Part shown: in pieces, positions 1-6,629 of the stretch
How the letters are laid out: every line of letters begins with the position of its first letter
How positions within the stretch are numbered: position 1 is the first letter of the stretch
NCBI RefSeq assembly: GCF_008065095.1
Contig: NZ_CP042911.1
Location: 7,350,001 to 7,382,000 of the forward strand
DNA from: Gemmata obscuriglobus
GTDB taxonomy: Bacteria; Planctomycetota; Planctomycetia; Gemmatales; Gemmataceae
Direction: 5' to 3'
DNA: 32,000 nucleotides
The notes under the pieces: generated by a model
The model's database searches: none
Told to the model about the DNA's origin: nothing
Seen by the model: only the letters and a program-made list of their open reading frames with translations
Translations under genes and position numbers: made by a program

Positions 1-9
1 TGGTACATC

Positions 10-67
10 GTGCCCCGGGTGCGCGGGCGGCACTCACCGACCGCTCCCCGGATGGGGTGGGGGAAGG
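10..67 (+). repeat. Degenerate, shortened attC-like remnant at the window edge
   Basis: CACCGACCGCTCCCCGGATGGGGTGGGGG resembles the conserved 3' half GCACCGCTCATCCGGTGATGGCGGTGCAGG. No GTTCGGC core is retained. Confidence 0.25.
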
Positions 68-69
68 CG

Positions 70-153
70 ATGTTCCTTTGGCCGCTCCTCGCGGTGCTCG
101 GTTGCGGGTGCCTGTTGGACATCGCCCAGACAATCCGGGAGGCTTGCCGTTGA
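70..153 (+). CDS. 27-aa lipoprotein-like micro-ORF, or the 3' end of an ORF entering from the left edge (frame 1 is open from nt 1)
   Basis: ATG at 70 is preceded by GGGGGAAGG. It translates to MFLWPLLAVLGCGCLLDIAQTIREACR with a lipobox-like LGC. TGA is at 151-153, 42 nt before repeat 1. Confidence 0.25.
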   Translation: MFLWPLLAVLGCGCLLDIAQTIREACR

Positions 154-194
154 CCAGGCGGCGCTTGTGGGCGCTCGGCTGCAGCGATAGGCCC

Positions 195-281
195 GCCGAA
201 CCCGGCGCGGCGCCGGACACCGCCGGCTGAGTTGTGACGCACCGCTCATCCGGTGCTGGCGGTACAGGTGAGTTGTTCGGC
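195..281 (+). repeat. attC-like repeat 1 (canonical copy, 87 bp)
   Basis: GCCGAAC (195-201) ... GTTCGGC (275-281). Internal imperfect dyad: GCGCCGG/ACCGCC vs GGCGGT, and TGAG vs CTCA. Confidence 0.7.
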
Positions 282-301
282 CACAGGGAGGGTGGAGAGG
301 C

Positions 302-595
302 GTGGAAGATCTAAACCACGTGGGCATGCTCCTGTTTGCCTTCCTGCTGGTCTGGATCGCAGCCCCAGCGGCCGTCGCGGCGATCAAAGGGTACGAAGCG
401 TGGCCGTGGCTCCTCGCTTGCGGGGTGGCCGGGGTCGCGGCTCTGGCCTTCTTCCCGCGCGTGGGCACGGCCACCCCCGGCGCCACGCGGTGGCAGGGGC
501 GGGCCAGCCGGCTTGGGCTCGCACTCTCGGGCGTGCAACTGGCGGCATTCGGGGTGGCGTGTGCGGCGAGCGCGTGGCGCACCCACACCCGGTAG
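302..595 (+). CDS. Cassette 1: small integral membrane protein (97 aa), hypothetical
   Basis: GTG start follows GGGAGGGTGGAGAGG. Three hydrophobic helices are visible (LLFAFLLVWIAAPAAVAAI, WLLACGVAGVAALAFF, LALSGVQLAAFGVACAA). It stops 10 nt before repeat 2. Confidence 0.55.
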   Translation: MEDLNHVGMLLFAFLLVWIAAPAAVAAIKGYEAWPWLLACGVAGVAALAFFPRVGTATPGATRWQGRASRLGLALSGVQLAAFGVACAASAWRTHTR

Positions 596-604
596 CAAAG
601 ATCA

Positions 605-695
605 GCCGAACCCGGCACTACGCCTGACGCCGCCCGATATACTGGGACGCACCGCTCATCCGGGGGTGGCGGTGCCGGTGAGTTATTTGTTCAGC
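605..695 (+). repeat. attC-like repeat 2 (91 bp)
   Basis: GCCGAAC (605-611) ... GTTCAGC (689-695). The 3' half GACGCACCGCTCATCCGGGGGTGGCGGTGCCGGTGAGTTATTTG is conserved. Confidence 0.65.
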
Positions 696-711
696 GGCGG
701 AGGGCCTCCGG

Positions 712-1032
712 GTGGGCAAGGTGGTGAGCGGCGTGTTGGTACTCGTCGGCGTCGCGCTGTTCGCACGCGGCGGGTTCGATGCCTGGCTGTTCCTGGTCAC
801 CGAGGCGTGGGAGCGGCCGGACGTGGCCCGCGGGTTGGGCGGGGCCGCCGCCCTGGCGGTCGGCACCTACGGGCTGGTGCGGGGCGGCCGGGCCGAGGTC
901 GCTGACGAACTGCGGCGGCGGAACGTCGCGCTGGAGTTGGAGGTGCTGGCCCTGTCCGCCGAGTTGGGCCGCCGTCCGCCGCCCACCGGAGTTGGGGCGG
1001 CTCCGGGCGCCGAACCCAGCAAGGGCACCTGA
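712..1032 (+). CDS. Cassette 2: small membrane-anchored protein with a coiled-coil-like tail (106 aa), hypothetical
   Basis: GTG start is 7 nt after GGAGGG. It has an N-terminal TM segment (VVSGVLVLVGVALFA) and the heptad-like stretch ADELRRRNVALELEVLALSAEL. It terminates inside repeat 3 in the shared frame. Confidence 0.55.
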   Translation: MGKVVSGVLVLVGVALFARGGFDAWLFLVTEAWERPDVARGLGGAAALAVGTYGLVRGGRAEVADELRRRNVALELEVLALSAELGRRPPPTGVGAAPGAEPSKGT

Positions 1033-1101
1033 CACCGCCGGCTGATTCGGGACGCACTGCTGACGGTATCGTGGCGGTGCAGGTAAACTTGATCGTTCGG
1101 C
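1009..1101 (+). repeat. attC-like repeat 3 (93 bp)
   Basis: GCCGAAC (1009-1015) ... GTTCGGC (1095-1101). The GACACCGCCGGCTGA block is conserved. Confidence 0.65.
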
Positions 1102-1119
1102 GGCGGAGGCGGGGCGCGG

Positions 1120-1623
1120 ATGGTTGAAGCGGTGGGACGGGCGAGAGCGTTCGCGGTCGTCGCTCACGGTGAACAGCGGTATGGCGATCAGCCGTACTCC
1201 GTTCATCTCGATGCGGTCGCCGAGTTACTCGCGCCGTTCGGGGATGTAGCACAAGTCATCGGCTACCTGCACGATGTGGTCGAGGACACTGACGTGCCCC
1301 TTGATACAGTAAGGCAGGGATTCGGTGACCGCGTAGCCGCATGTGTGTCCTTGGTCACCGATGAGCCGGGAGCCAATCGACGAGAGCGAAAGGCGAAAAC
1401 CAACGCCAAGCTCTCGACGGTGTCAGGCGAAGAGTCGTTAGCTCTGGTCGTTAAAGCTGCCGACCGGTTGGCCAACCTTCGAGCGTCGGCCAGTAACGAT
1501 TCGGGCTCTAAGCTCGGCATGTACCGCCGTGAGCACCCGGCGTTTCGGGAGTCCGCATACCGGCCCGGGTTGTGCGATTCACTGTGGCGGGAGATGGATC
1601 GCATCTTGAGTGACGAGGCGTGA
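1120..1623 (+). CDS. Cassette 3: HD-domain protein of the RelA/SpoT hydrolase type (small alarmone hydrolase-like)
   Basis: AHGEQRYGDQPYSVHLDAVAELL ... YLHDVVEDT ... VVKAADRLANL match the His...HD...ED signature of (p)ppGpp pyrophosphohydrolase domains. The protein is 167 aa with no synthetase domain. Confidence 0.8.
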   Translation: MVEAVGRARAFAVVAHGEQRYGDQPYSVHLDAVAELLAPFGDVAQVIGYLHDVVEDTDVPLDTVRQGFGDRVAACVSLVTDEPGANRRERKAKTNAKLSTVSGEESLALVVKAADRLANLRASASNDSGSKLGMYRREHPAFRESAYRPGLCDSLWREMDRILSDEA

Positions 1624-1624
1624 C

Positions 1625-1721
1625 GCCGAACCGGTCCCTGCACCGGCCCCGGTCACGTAGTTTCTTTCCCATCGCTCAGCGGCTGGTTTCGATCACGCAG
1701 CAGGTGAGCGGTGAGTTCGGC
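1625..1721 (+). repeat. attC-like repeat 4 (97 bp, divergent interior)
   Basis: GCCGAAC (1625-1631) ... GTTCGGC (1715-1721). The cores are intact but the internal sequence is largely different from the other copies. Confidence 0.5.
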
Positions 1722-1735
1722 TGCGAGGGTCCCCG

Positions 1736-2029
1736 ATGGTCCCGGAGCGCGCCTTCACCCGCTGGTGCATCGCCCTATCGTTGTTGTGGGTCTTCGCCAA
1801 CTGGCCCTCGACCTCGGGTCTGGGCGGGTTCTGGCTGCACGCCGGGTTTCCGTTTACATTTGCGTGGGGCGCCTTCGGCCGCTTTGAGCATTTCGATGTG
1901 CGCCTCTTGCTCGCGGACGTGCTGTTCGGGCTCCTGACGGTCGTTGGAATTGCTTGGCTGTGCGCCCGGTCGCGTGGGCATCGATCGCCGCCCGCCGAAC
2001 CCGGCGCGGCACCGGACACCGCCGGCTGA
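1736..2029 (+). CDS. Cassette 4: small membrane protein (97 aa), hypothetical
   Basis: ATG is 7 nt after GAGGG. Hydrophobic segments are CIALSLLWVFANW and LLLADVLFGLLTVVGIAWL. It ends with the repeat-encoded AEPGAAPDTAG tail. Confidence 0.55.
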   Translation: MVPERAFTRWCIALSLLWVFANWPSTSGLGGFWLHAGFPFTFAWGAFGRFEHFDVRLLLADVLFGLLTVVGIAWLCARSRGHRSPPAEPGAAPDTAG

Positions 2030-2081
2030 TGCGGGCACCGCTCGTCCAGTGATGGCGATGCAGGTTGGCTCATAGTTCGGT
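1994..2081 (+). repeat. attC-like repeat 5 (canonical, 88 bp)
   Basis: GCCGAAC (1994-2000) ... GTTCGGT (2075-2081). Confidence 0.7.
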
Positions 2082-2096
2082 CCGGAGAAGTTCCTT

Positions 2097-3035
2097 ATGA
2101 TCCGTAGCCTTGTCGTCGGTGCGGCGCTTTTCGCCGGCTGGGTCGTCTCGGCCGACGAGCCGCGCCGTGCCCCCAGCGGGAATGCGTCCGTCAGGGGCAA
2201 GGCCGGTTCGTCCGAGATCGTCATCACCACCACCAACCGCCTCGCCGGAGCGATTCACTCGCTGACGTGGGGCGGCAAGGAGTTCATCGACAGCCACGAC
2301 CACGGGCGACAGCTCCAGTCGGCCGCCAGTTTCGACCGCGCGGCCGCGGGTGAGTTCTGGGCCGAGCGCTACAACCCAACGGAAGCGGGCTCGCGGGCGG
2401 ACGGCACCGGGGAGAAGACCTCCAGCCGGTTGCTGCGGCTCCGGGCCGAGGGGGCCGAACTGAAAACGACAACGCAGATGGCGTTCTGGCTCGCCCCCGG
2501 CGAGAAGTCCTTCGGCCGACCGGCTCTCAACGACAAGGTGCTGTCGGATCACCTCGTCGCGAAGCGCGTCCGCATCGGGCACAAGGCGCTCGCCCACGCC
2601 ATCGAGTACGAGGTCACGTTCTCGGTTCCAAAGGGCGAGCGGCACACCTACGCGCAGTTCGAAGCGCTGACGGGGTACATGCCCCCCGAGTTCGCCTCGT
2701 TCTGGACGTTCCGGCCGGACTCCGGCAAACTGGAGGAGCTGAGCGACGGCCCCGGCGAGCAGGAGTTCCCGGTCGTCTTCGCGACCGAGAGCAAGACCCA
2801 TGCGATGGGCGTGTTCTCCCCGGACCAGCCGTCGAACGGTTACAAGACGGCGGGCTACGGCCGCTTCCGGTTCAAGGAGGAGAAGGTGGTCAAGTGGAAC
2901 TGCGTCTTCCGAGTTCGGAACGATAAGGGCATTGCCGCCGACGAGTACCGCTTCCGCATGTTCATCGCCGTCGGCACCTTGGAAGACGTGAAGCGGACGC
3001 TGGCGGCGTTGACTCAGGAGTTCGCGGGGCGCTGA
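2097..3035 (+). CDS. Cassette 5: secreted hypothetical protein (312 aa)
   Basis: ATG follows GGAGAAG. The N-terminal signal-like sequence is MIRSLVVGAALFAGWVVSA. Codon third positions are G/C-rich throughout. I do not recognise a family. Confidence 0.7.
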   Translation: MIRSLVVGAALFAGWVVSADEPRRAPSGNASVRGKAGSSEIVITTTNRLAGAIHSLTWGGKEFIDSHDHGRQLQSAASFDRAAAGEFWAERYNPTEAGSRADGTGEKTSSRLLRLRAEGAELKTTTQMAFWLAPGEKSFGRPALNDKVLSDHLVAKRVRIGHKALAHAIEYEVTFSVPKGERHTYAQFEALTGYMPPEFASFWTFRPDSGKLEELSDGPGEQEFPVVFATESKTHAMGVFSPDQPSNGYKTAGYGRFRFKEEKVVKWNCVFRVRNDKGIAADEYRFRMFIAVGTLEDVKRTLAALTQEFAGR

Positions 3036-3132
3036 GATGAGGGGCGCGGCACCTGACGCGCGCCGCCGAGTCGCGTTCTGGGGCTTCATGCCCCACTGAC
3101 GCGGGCCGGGCCGGTGGGCGTCCTCGTTCGGC
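3034..3132 (+). repeat. attC-like repeat 6 with eroded R'' core
   Basis: GGCGCGGCACCTGAC (3043-3057) matches the canonical GGCGCGGCACCGGAC. GTTCGGC (3126-3132) is intact, but GCCGAAC is replaced by GAGATGA. Confidence 0.45.
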
Positions 3133-3148
3133 CACAGAGGTGCGACCG

Positions 3149-3415
3149 ATGGCGAAGCGGTTCCGGTGCCCGCGCTGCGGTTGCTTGACACTGGACGAGC
3201 GTTGCGACTGGGACGTTTGCGAGGTTTGCTATTGGGAAGACGACGGACAGGGCGACCACAACGCCGATGCGGTGCATGGCGGCTCGAACGGCGCGCTGCG
3301 CCTGACGCAGGCGCGGGCGAACTACCGGGCGTTCGGTGCGTGTGAGGAGGCCATGCGACCGCACGCGCGCCCGCCCCGACCGGACGAATTGCCTGACTCA
3401 CGGTCCGGCTGGTAG
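3149..3415 (+). CDS. Cassette 6: CPCC-family cysteine-rich protein
   Basis: FRCPRCGCLTLDERCDWDVCEVCYWEDDGQ...GGSNGALRLTQARANYRAFGA matches the CPCC-domain pattern (CPCC ... C.VC.WEDD ... G.N..SL..A..N). ATG at 3149 is 9 nt after AGAGG. The track start at 3140 (GTG) is the alternative. Confidence 0.8.
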   Translation: MAKRFRCPRCGCLTLDERCDWDVCEVCYWEDDGQGDHNADAVHGGSNGALRLTQARANYRAFGACEEAMRPHARPPRPDELPDSRSGW

Positions 3416-3418
3416 TAT

Positions 3419-3508
3419 CTGTTTCTTGTGGCACAGACATTCCTGTCTGTGCGGCGCGATAAGGCCGCACAGACAGGAATGTCTGTGCCACAAAGATAAA
3501 AACCAAAA
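3419..3508. repeat. Dispersed palindromic element, full-length copy (30-bp perfect stem)
   Basis: TTGTGGCACAGACATTCCTGTCTGTGCGGC (3426-3455), an 8-nt loop, then GCCGCACAGACAGGAATGTCTGTGCCACAA (3464-3493). The asymmetric flanks are CTGTTTC on the left and AGATAAAAACCAAAAC on the right. Confidence 0.9.
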
Positions 3509-3547
3509 CGGACAGCAACAGCCGGCTTGTGTATGAGCGAAACGTTC

Positions 3548-3617
3548 GCCGAACCAGGTAGCGTGTAGCCCGCGAGCGTCACCCAGCTCATCGTCCAGAG
3601 CCGCCGGGCCGAGGCGG
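3548..3617 (+). repeat. Partial or degenerate attC-like half-copy
   Basis: GCCGAAC (3548-3554) overlaps an inverse GTTCGCC (3544-3550). It is followed by CGTCACCCAGCTCATCGTCC, which resembles GACGCACCGCTCATCCGG. No own R' core is present. Confidence 0.3.
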
Positions 3618-3708
3618 ATCGAGCCCGGCGCTGCACCGGACACCGCCGCGGGGTTTGTGACACACCGCTCATCCGGTGATGGCGGTGCAGGTGAGTTATT
3701 TGTTCGGA
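3618..3708 (+). repeat. attC-like repeat 7 (R'' partly eroded, 91 bp)
   Basis: ATCGAGC replaces GCCGAAC. CCCGGCGCTGCACCGGACACCGCCG and the full 3' half are conserved. R' is GTTCGGA (3702-3708). Confidence 0.55.
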
Positions 3709-3723
3709 GAGGGAGGGCTCGCG

Positions 3724-4275
3724 GTGTCGCAGTCCCAGGCACAGCGCGTGTCACTGAGTTGGCCGGGCGGCGAGTCCCTCGACCCGACGCCCGACGAGGT
3801 GCTCGCGGTCATGGCGCTGCCCTACGGCGGGAACTGGGGGCCGTACCAGCCGGTCGGCGAGATCGAGTGGTTCGACCCAGCCCGGCCGCCGACGGCGGGC
3901 GGCCGACGGGAGCGGGCGGCGCAGCTTATCCTCATCCGGCACCCTGAGCGGGGGTGGTACTTCGAGTACGATGGCCCGTCCGGGCCGGGCGGCTCGGACG
4001 AGTGGCTGGCCCCGCTCGACCCGGCCGGGCCGCCGGGTCACCTGCGGCACTGGTGCTGGGGCGAGGAGCAGTGGTTCCGGGCGGCCAGCTTCGTCCCCGA
4101 CGTGACGGCCCGGCAAGTCGTGGCGGACTTCCTGGCGTCGGGGCGGCCGTCGGCCGCAATCACGTGGGCACCGCAGGGGGATGTCGGCTCCCGGTTGTAC
4201 GACGACGAGTACGCCGAGCGGTTCGGGCCGGCCCCGAACGCCGAACCCGGCGCGGCAGCAGACGACGGGGGCTGA
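3724..4275 (+). CDS. Cassette 7: hypothetical cytoplasmic protein (~183 aa)
   Basis: GTG at 3724 follows GAGAGGGAGGG. The ORF-track ATG at 3676 lies inside repeat 7 and is probably an artefact. The tail is a variant of the repeat-encoded peptide (AEPGAAADDGG). Confidence 0.55.
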   Translation: MSQSQAQRVSLSWPGGESLDPTPDEVLAVMALPYGGNWGPYQPVGEIEWFDPARPPTAGGRRERAAQLILIRHPERGWYFEYDGPSGPGGSDEWLAPLDPAGPPGHLRHWCWGEEQWFRAASFVPDVTARQVVADFLASGRPSAAITWAPQGDVGSRLYDDEYAERFGPAPNAEPGAAADDGG

Positions 4276-4331
4276 TTTTGTGACGCACCGCTCGTCCGGT
4301 GATGGCGGTTCAGGTGAGAGGTTTGTTTGGC
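4240..4331 (+). repeat. attC-like repeat 8 (92 bp)
   Basis: GCCGAAC (4240-4246) ... GTTTGGC (4325-4331). Confidence 0.7.
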
Positions 4332-4347
4332 ACCCAGAGGGCGGAGC

Positions 4348-4827
4348 ATGCGACCGATTCTCCACCTGCCCGCCGGCGCCCAGTTGGCGGACGACTCCAT
4401 CTCGCTTGCCGCGGAAGTTGACGACATGCGGCGGTTGTGGCTGCTGTTCCTGGCGATGGCGGTCCGGGACGAGGCGTGCGCAATCCGGTGGCAGCCTTGG
4501 GAGTCCGGCCACGCCCTTTCGTATACGGTCGGCGCGGTGCTTTACAGCTTGGTGGACCCGGGCGAGGAATTCGGCGCGGTCGCTTTCGAAGCGGCTCGGC
4601 GGTTGATCTCGCCGGGGCCGCGGGGGTGGCTCGCGCGGCAGTTGTTGCGAGCCGGGGCCGGGGTGTTGCGGTGTGAGTCGGAGTGGGGGCCATCGACGTG
4701 GCAAGGTGTGTGGTGGTCGGCGGGCGCCGCGACCGGTGTCGAGTTCGTGCGCCTGGATCGGTTCCCGGTACCACGATATCCCGTTGAGCCGGTCGTGGGG
4801 TCGGCATCGGGGCCGAGTCCGGGGTGA
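4348..4827 (+). CDS. Cassette 8: hypothetical protein (~159 aa)
   Basis: ATG at 4348 follows AGAGGGCGGAG. It stops 22 nt before repeat 9. Confidence 0.5.
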   Translation: MRPILHLPAGAQLADDSISLAAEVDDMRRLWLLFLAMAVRDEACAIRWQPWESGHALSYTVGAVLYSLVDPGEEFGAVAFEAARRLISPGPRGWLARQLLRAGAGVLRCESEWGPSTWQGVWWSAGAATGVEFVRLDRFPVPRYPVEPVVGSASGPSPG

Positions 4828-4849
4828 CCGATGCGGTGGGCGCGAGCGA

Positions 4850-4936
4850 GTCGCACCCGGCGCGGCACCGGACACCGTCGGCTGAGTTGTGACTACCGCC
4901 CGTCCGATGGTGGCGTAGGTGAGAGGTTTGTTCGAC
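4850..4936 (+). repeat. attC-like repeat 9 (87 bp) with a co-varying core pair
   Basis: GTCGCAC (4850-4856) ... GTTCGAC (4930-4936). The C-to-T change at core position 2 is matched by a G-to-A change in the partner core. Confidence 0.6.
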
Positions 4937-4948
4937 GGAGGGGCACCA

Positions 4949-5440
4949 ATGGGTTTCATTCCGAGGGGCGCGCGGTGGTATCTCGCCGATGTGGTGCTGG
5001 AACACCGGATCGATGGCGACGCTGAAAACCTTGTGCACGTCAACACACACCTGATCGAAGCCGGCACCCCTGATGTGGCCTACGACAAGGCCGTCGCCCT
5101 GGGACTCCAGCAGGAGCGGGAGTACGAGAACTCCGATGGCGGGCGGGTACGCGTTCTGTTCCGTGGACTGCGGGAGCTGAACGTCATTCACGAGCCGCTG
5201 GAGGACGGGGCGGAGATCATGTACACCGAGGACGTCGGCGTGCCGGAGGAGCGGCTGCGGGCGTGGAGCCGACCGCGGGAACAGTTGGGCGTGTTCCGCC
5301 CGATCGAGCCGCGTGCCGGCGGCCCGAATTGCCTGCCCGGTGTGTTCAAGCCACTCGTTGAAGGGGCCGAGCCGCCAGACGTGCCGGGTGCGGCCGTAAC
5401 GCAGGCCGAACCCGGCGCGGCACCGGACACCGCCGGTTGA
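4949..5440 (+). CDS. Cassette 9: DUF4288-like protein
   Basis: ARWYLADVVLEHRI...VNTHLIEAGTPDVAYDKAVALG...EYENSDGGRVRVLFRGLRELNVI..LEDGAEIMY follows the DUF4288 pattern as I remember it (WY..L......L..A...eA..KA......Y.N..G..V...F.G...L......G.E.Y). It carries the AEPGAAPDTAG tail. Confidence 0.7.
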   Translation: MGFIPRGARWYLADVVLEHRIDGDAENLVHVNTHLIEAGTPDVAYDKAVALGLQQEREYENSDGGRVRVLFRGLRELNVIHEPLEDGAEIMYTEDVGVPEERLRAWSRPREQLGVFRPIEPRAGGPNCLPGVFKPLVEGAEPPDVPGAAVTQAEPGAAPDTAG

Positions 5441-5495
5441 TACGGGACGCGCCGCTCGTCCGATGATGACGGTGCCGGTGAGAGGTTAGTTCAGC
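5405..5495 (+). repeat. attC-like repeat 10 (91 bp)
   Basis: GCCGAAC (5405-5411) ... GTTCAGC (5489-5495). Confidence 0.7.
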
Positions 5496-5507
5496 GGAGT
5501 GGCAACA

Positions 5508-5960
5508 ATGCGGCACGTTGGTTTCGTCTCGGTCGTCACGCTCCTTGTTCTCACGATTTCGAGCGGCCGTGCGGCCGATTTCCCATTGGCTCCCCCGCCC
5601 CGCCCGGTCGGTCCACCAACGGCCCCACGGCCACGTCCGGCCGGATTTACGGCTGAAAAGGCCAAGCAGGCTCTGATGAGATTGATGGAGACGCGCGACG
5701 AGGCGCCGGTCTGCCGCGCCGACCTCAAGACGTTCGGTGCGGTCGCAGCCAAAGTGGACCCAGATGATCTGGGTGTTGCACGCTGGGGGCCATTCACTCT
5801 CAACCTCGCCGACATGAGTTACCGGTTCCGAGTGGGTGGAGGAAAGCCCGGAGGGCCGGGCGGATTCTGGTTCATGGTGTATGAGGGCAAGTTCGAGCAA
5901 CAGGGCGGGAAGTGGGTTGCGTTGCCTTTCGAGATGGGAGAGCATGGCCGGGGGAGGTAG
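5508..5960 (+). CDS. Cassette 10: secreted Pro-rich hypothetical protein (~150 aa)
   Basis: ATG at 5508. The signal-like N-terminus is MRHVGFVSVVTLLVLTISSGRA. Its TAG stop abuts repeat 11. Confidence 0.6.
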   Translation: MRHVGFVSVVTLLVLTISSGRAADFPLAPPPRPVGPPTAPRPRPAGFTAEKAKQALMRLMETRDEAPVCRADLKTFGAVAAKVDPDDLGVARWGPFTLNLADMSYRFRVGGGKPGGPGGFWFMVYEGKFEQQGGKWVALPFEMGEHGRGR

Positions 5961-6068
5961 CCGGCACTCCGCACCGCCCCGAGGCTGACCGCCGCCGCAC
6001 CGGATCGCTGTTAAATGCGTTGTTTCACCGTGTGGCACATTCCGCGGCGGGTGAGTTTTATGTTCGGC
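5960..6068 (+). repeat. attC-like repeat 11 (109 bp, divergent)
   Basis: GCCGGCAC...CGCACCGCCCCGAGGCTGA resembles the canonical 5' half. The 3' end GGTGAGTTTTATGTTCGGCCACAGAGGG is canonical (GTTCGGC 6062-6068). Confidence 0.45.
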
Positions 6069-6085
6069 CACAGAGGGCGCAACGG

Positions 6086-6619
6086 ATGGCGGGCGTCTCG
6101 TTGGGTGCGTTGCCCGACTTCGAAGAGAATCGCGCGTACCGGGTGGCCCCTTACCTCCACGCGGCCGTCCTGCTCCAAACCGTTGGGGAGCAGGTAGCCC
6201 TTGAGACGCTGACGGCGCTTGCCGAAGACGAAGACCAAGGGCACAAGGTCATCATCCTGTGCCGAATGTTGTTCACCGCGCGGCGCGGTGGAGAGTTCCG
6301 GCGGCCAGCGATTGGTGTGCTCGGCCTCTATGGCGGGACTGAGGGTGCGGATTGGCCGCTTGAGCCGATCGCATGCGTCCGCGGGGTGCCGTTCCTCGTA
6401 TACCCCGCCCCGTACAAACTCCTCGCGGGGTTTCCGGAGCCGGGGAGTTGGTATCTCCGGTATTGTGCGGCCTCCTGCGCCTGGAGCAACGTCCAGTTTG
6501 CCCTCAAGAGCGACGCAGAGAAGGCTGAGGCATTGGGCGAGTTGTTGGCTTGTGGCAAGTGGCGAAGCCCGCTGGCCGACCATGAGGTTGAGGGGCTAGC
6601 TGCCCAAACCAGGCCCTGA
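6086..6619 (+). CDS. Cassette 11: hypothetical protein (~177 aa)
   Basis: ATG at 6086 follows CACAGAGGGCGCAACGG. The longer track ORF starting at 5912 reads through repeat 11 and overlaps the previous gene. Confidence 0.55.
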   Translation: MAGVSLGALPDFEENRAYRVAPYLHAAVLLQTVGEQVALETLTALAEDEDQGHKVIILCRMLFTARRGGEFRRPAIGVLGLYGGTEGADWPLEPIACVRGVPFLVYPAPYKLLAGFPEPGSWYLRYCAASCAWSNVQFALKSDAEKAEALGELLACGKWRSPLADHEVEGLAAQTRP

Positions 6620-6629
6620 GCAAAGGCAG

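Noticed and set aside
231-262. Internal promoter in the repeat (TTGTGAC ... GGTGCT/GGTGAT as -35/-10)
   Set aside because: The -10 candidate is far from TATAAT and the spacing is poor. There is no evidence beyond a loose -35 resemblance, so cassette expression is better left as an open question.
3429-3445. TGGCAC-containing strings as sigma-54 promoters (3429-3445, 4328-4342, 6044-6058, 7965-7980)
   Set aside because: The -12 GC is missing or mis-spaced in three of them. The one with correct GG-N10-GC spacing (4328-4342) lies inside repeat 8 and would start transcription on top of the start codon. All are better explained as parts of repeats.
3676-3723. ORF-track start codons lying inside the repeats (for example ATG 3676, 4327, 4919, 5912, 6668, 7161)
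   Set aside because: These N-terminal extensions translate conserved repeat DNA (recurring as ...VQVSYLFG... in two of them). They sit upstream of the conserved RBS block. Internal starts 5-12 nt after the purine-rich block are more plausible.
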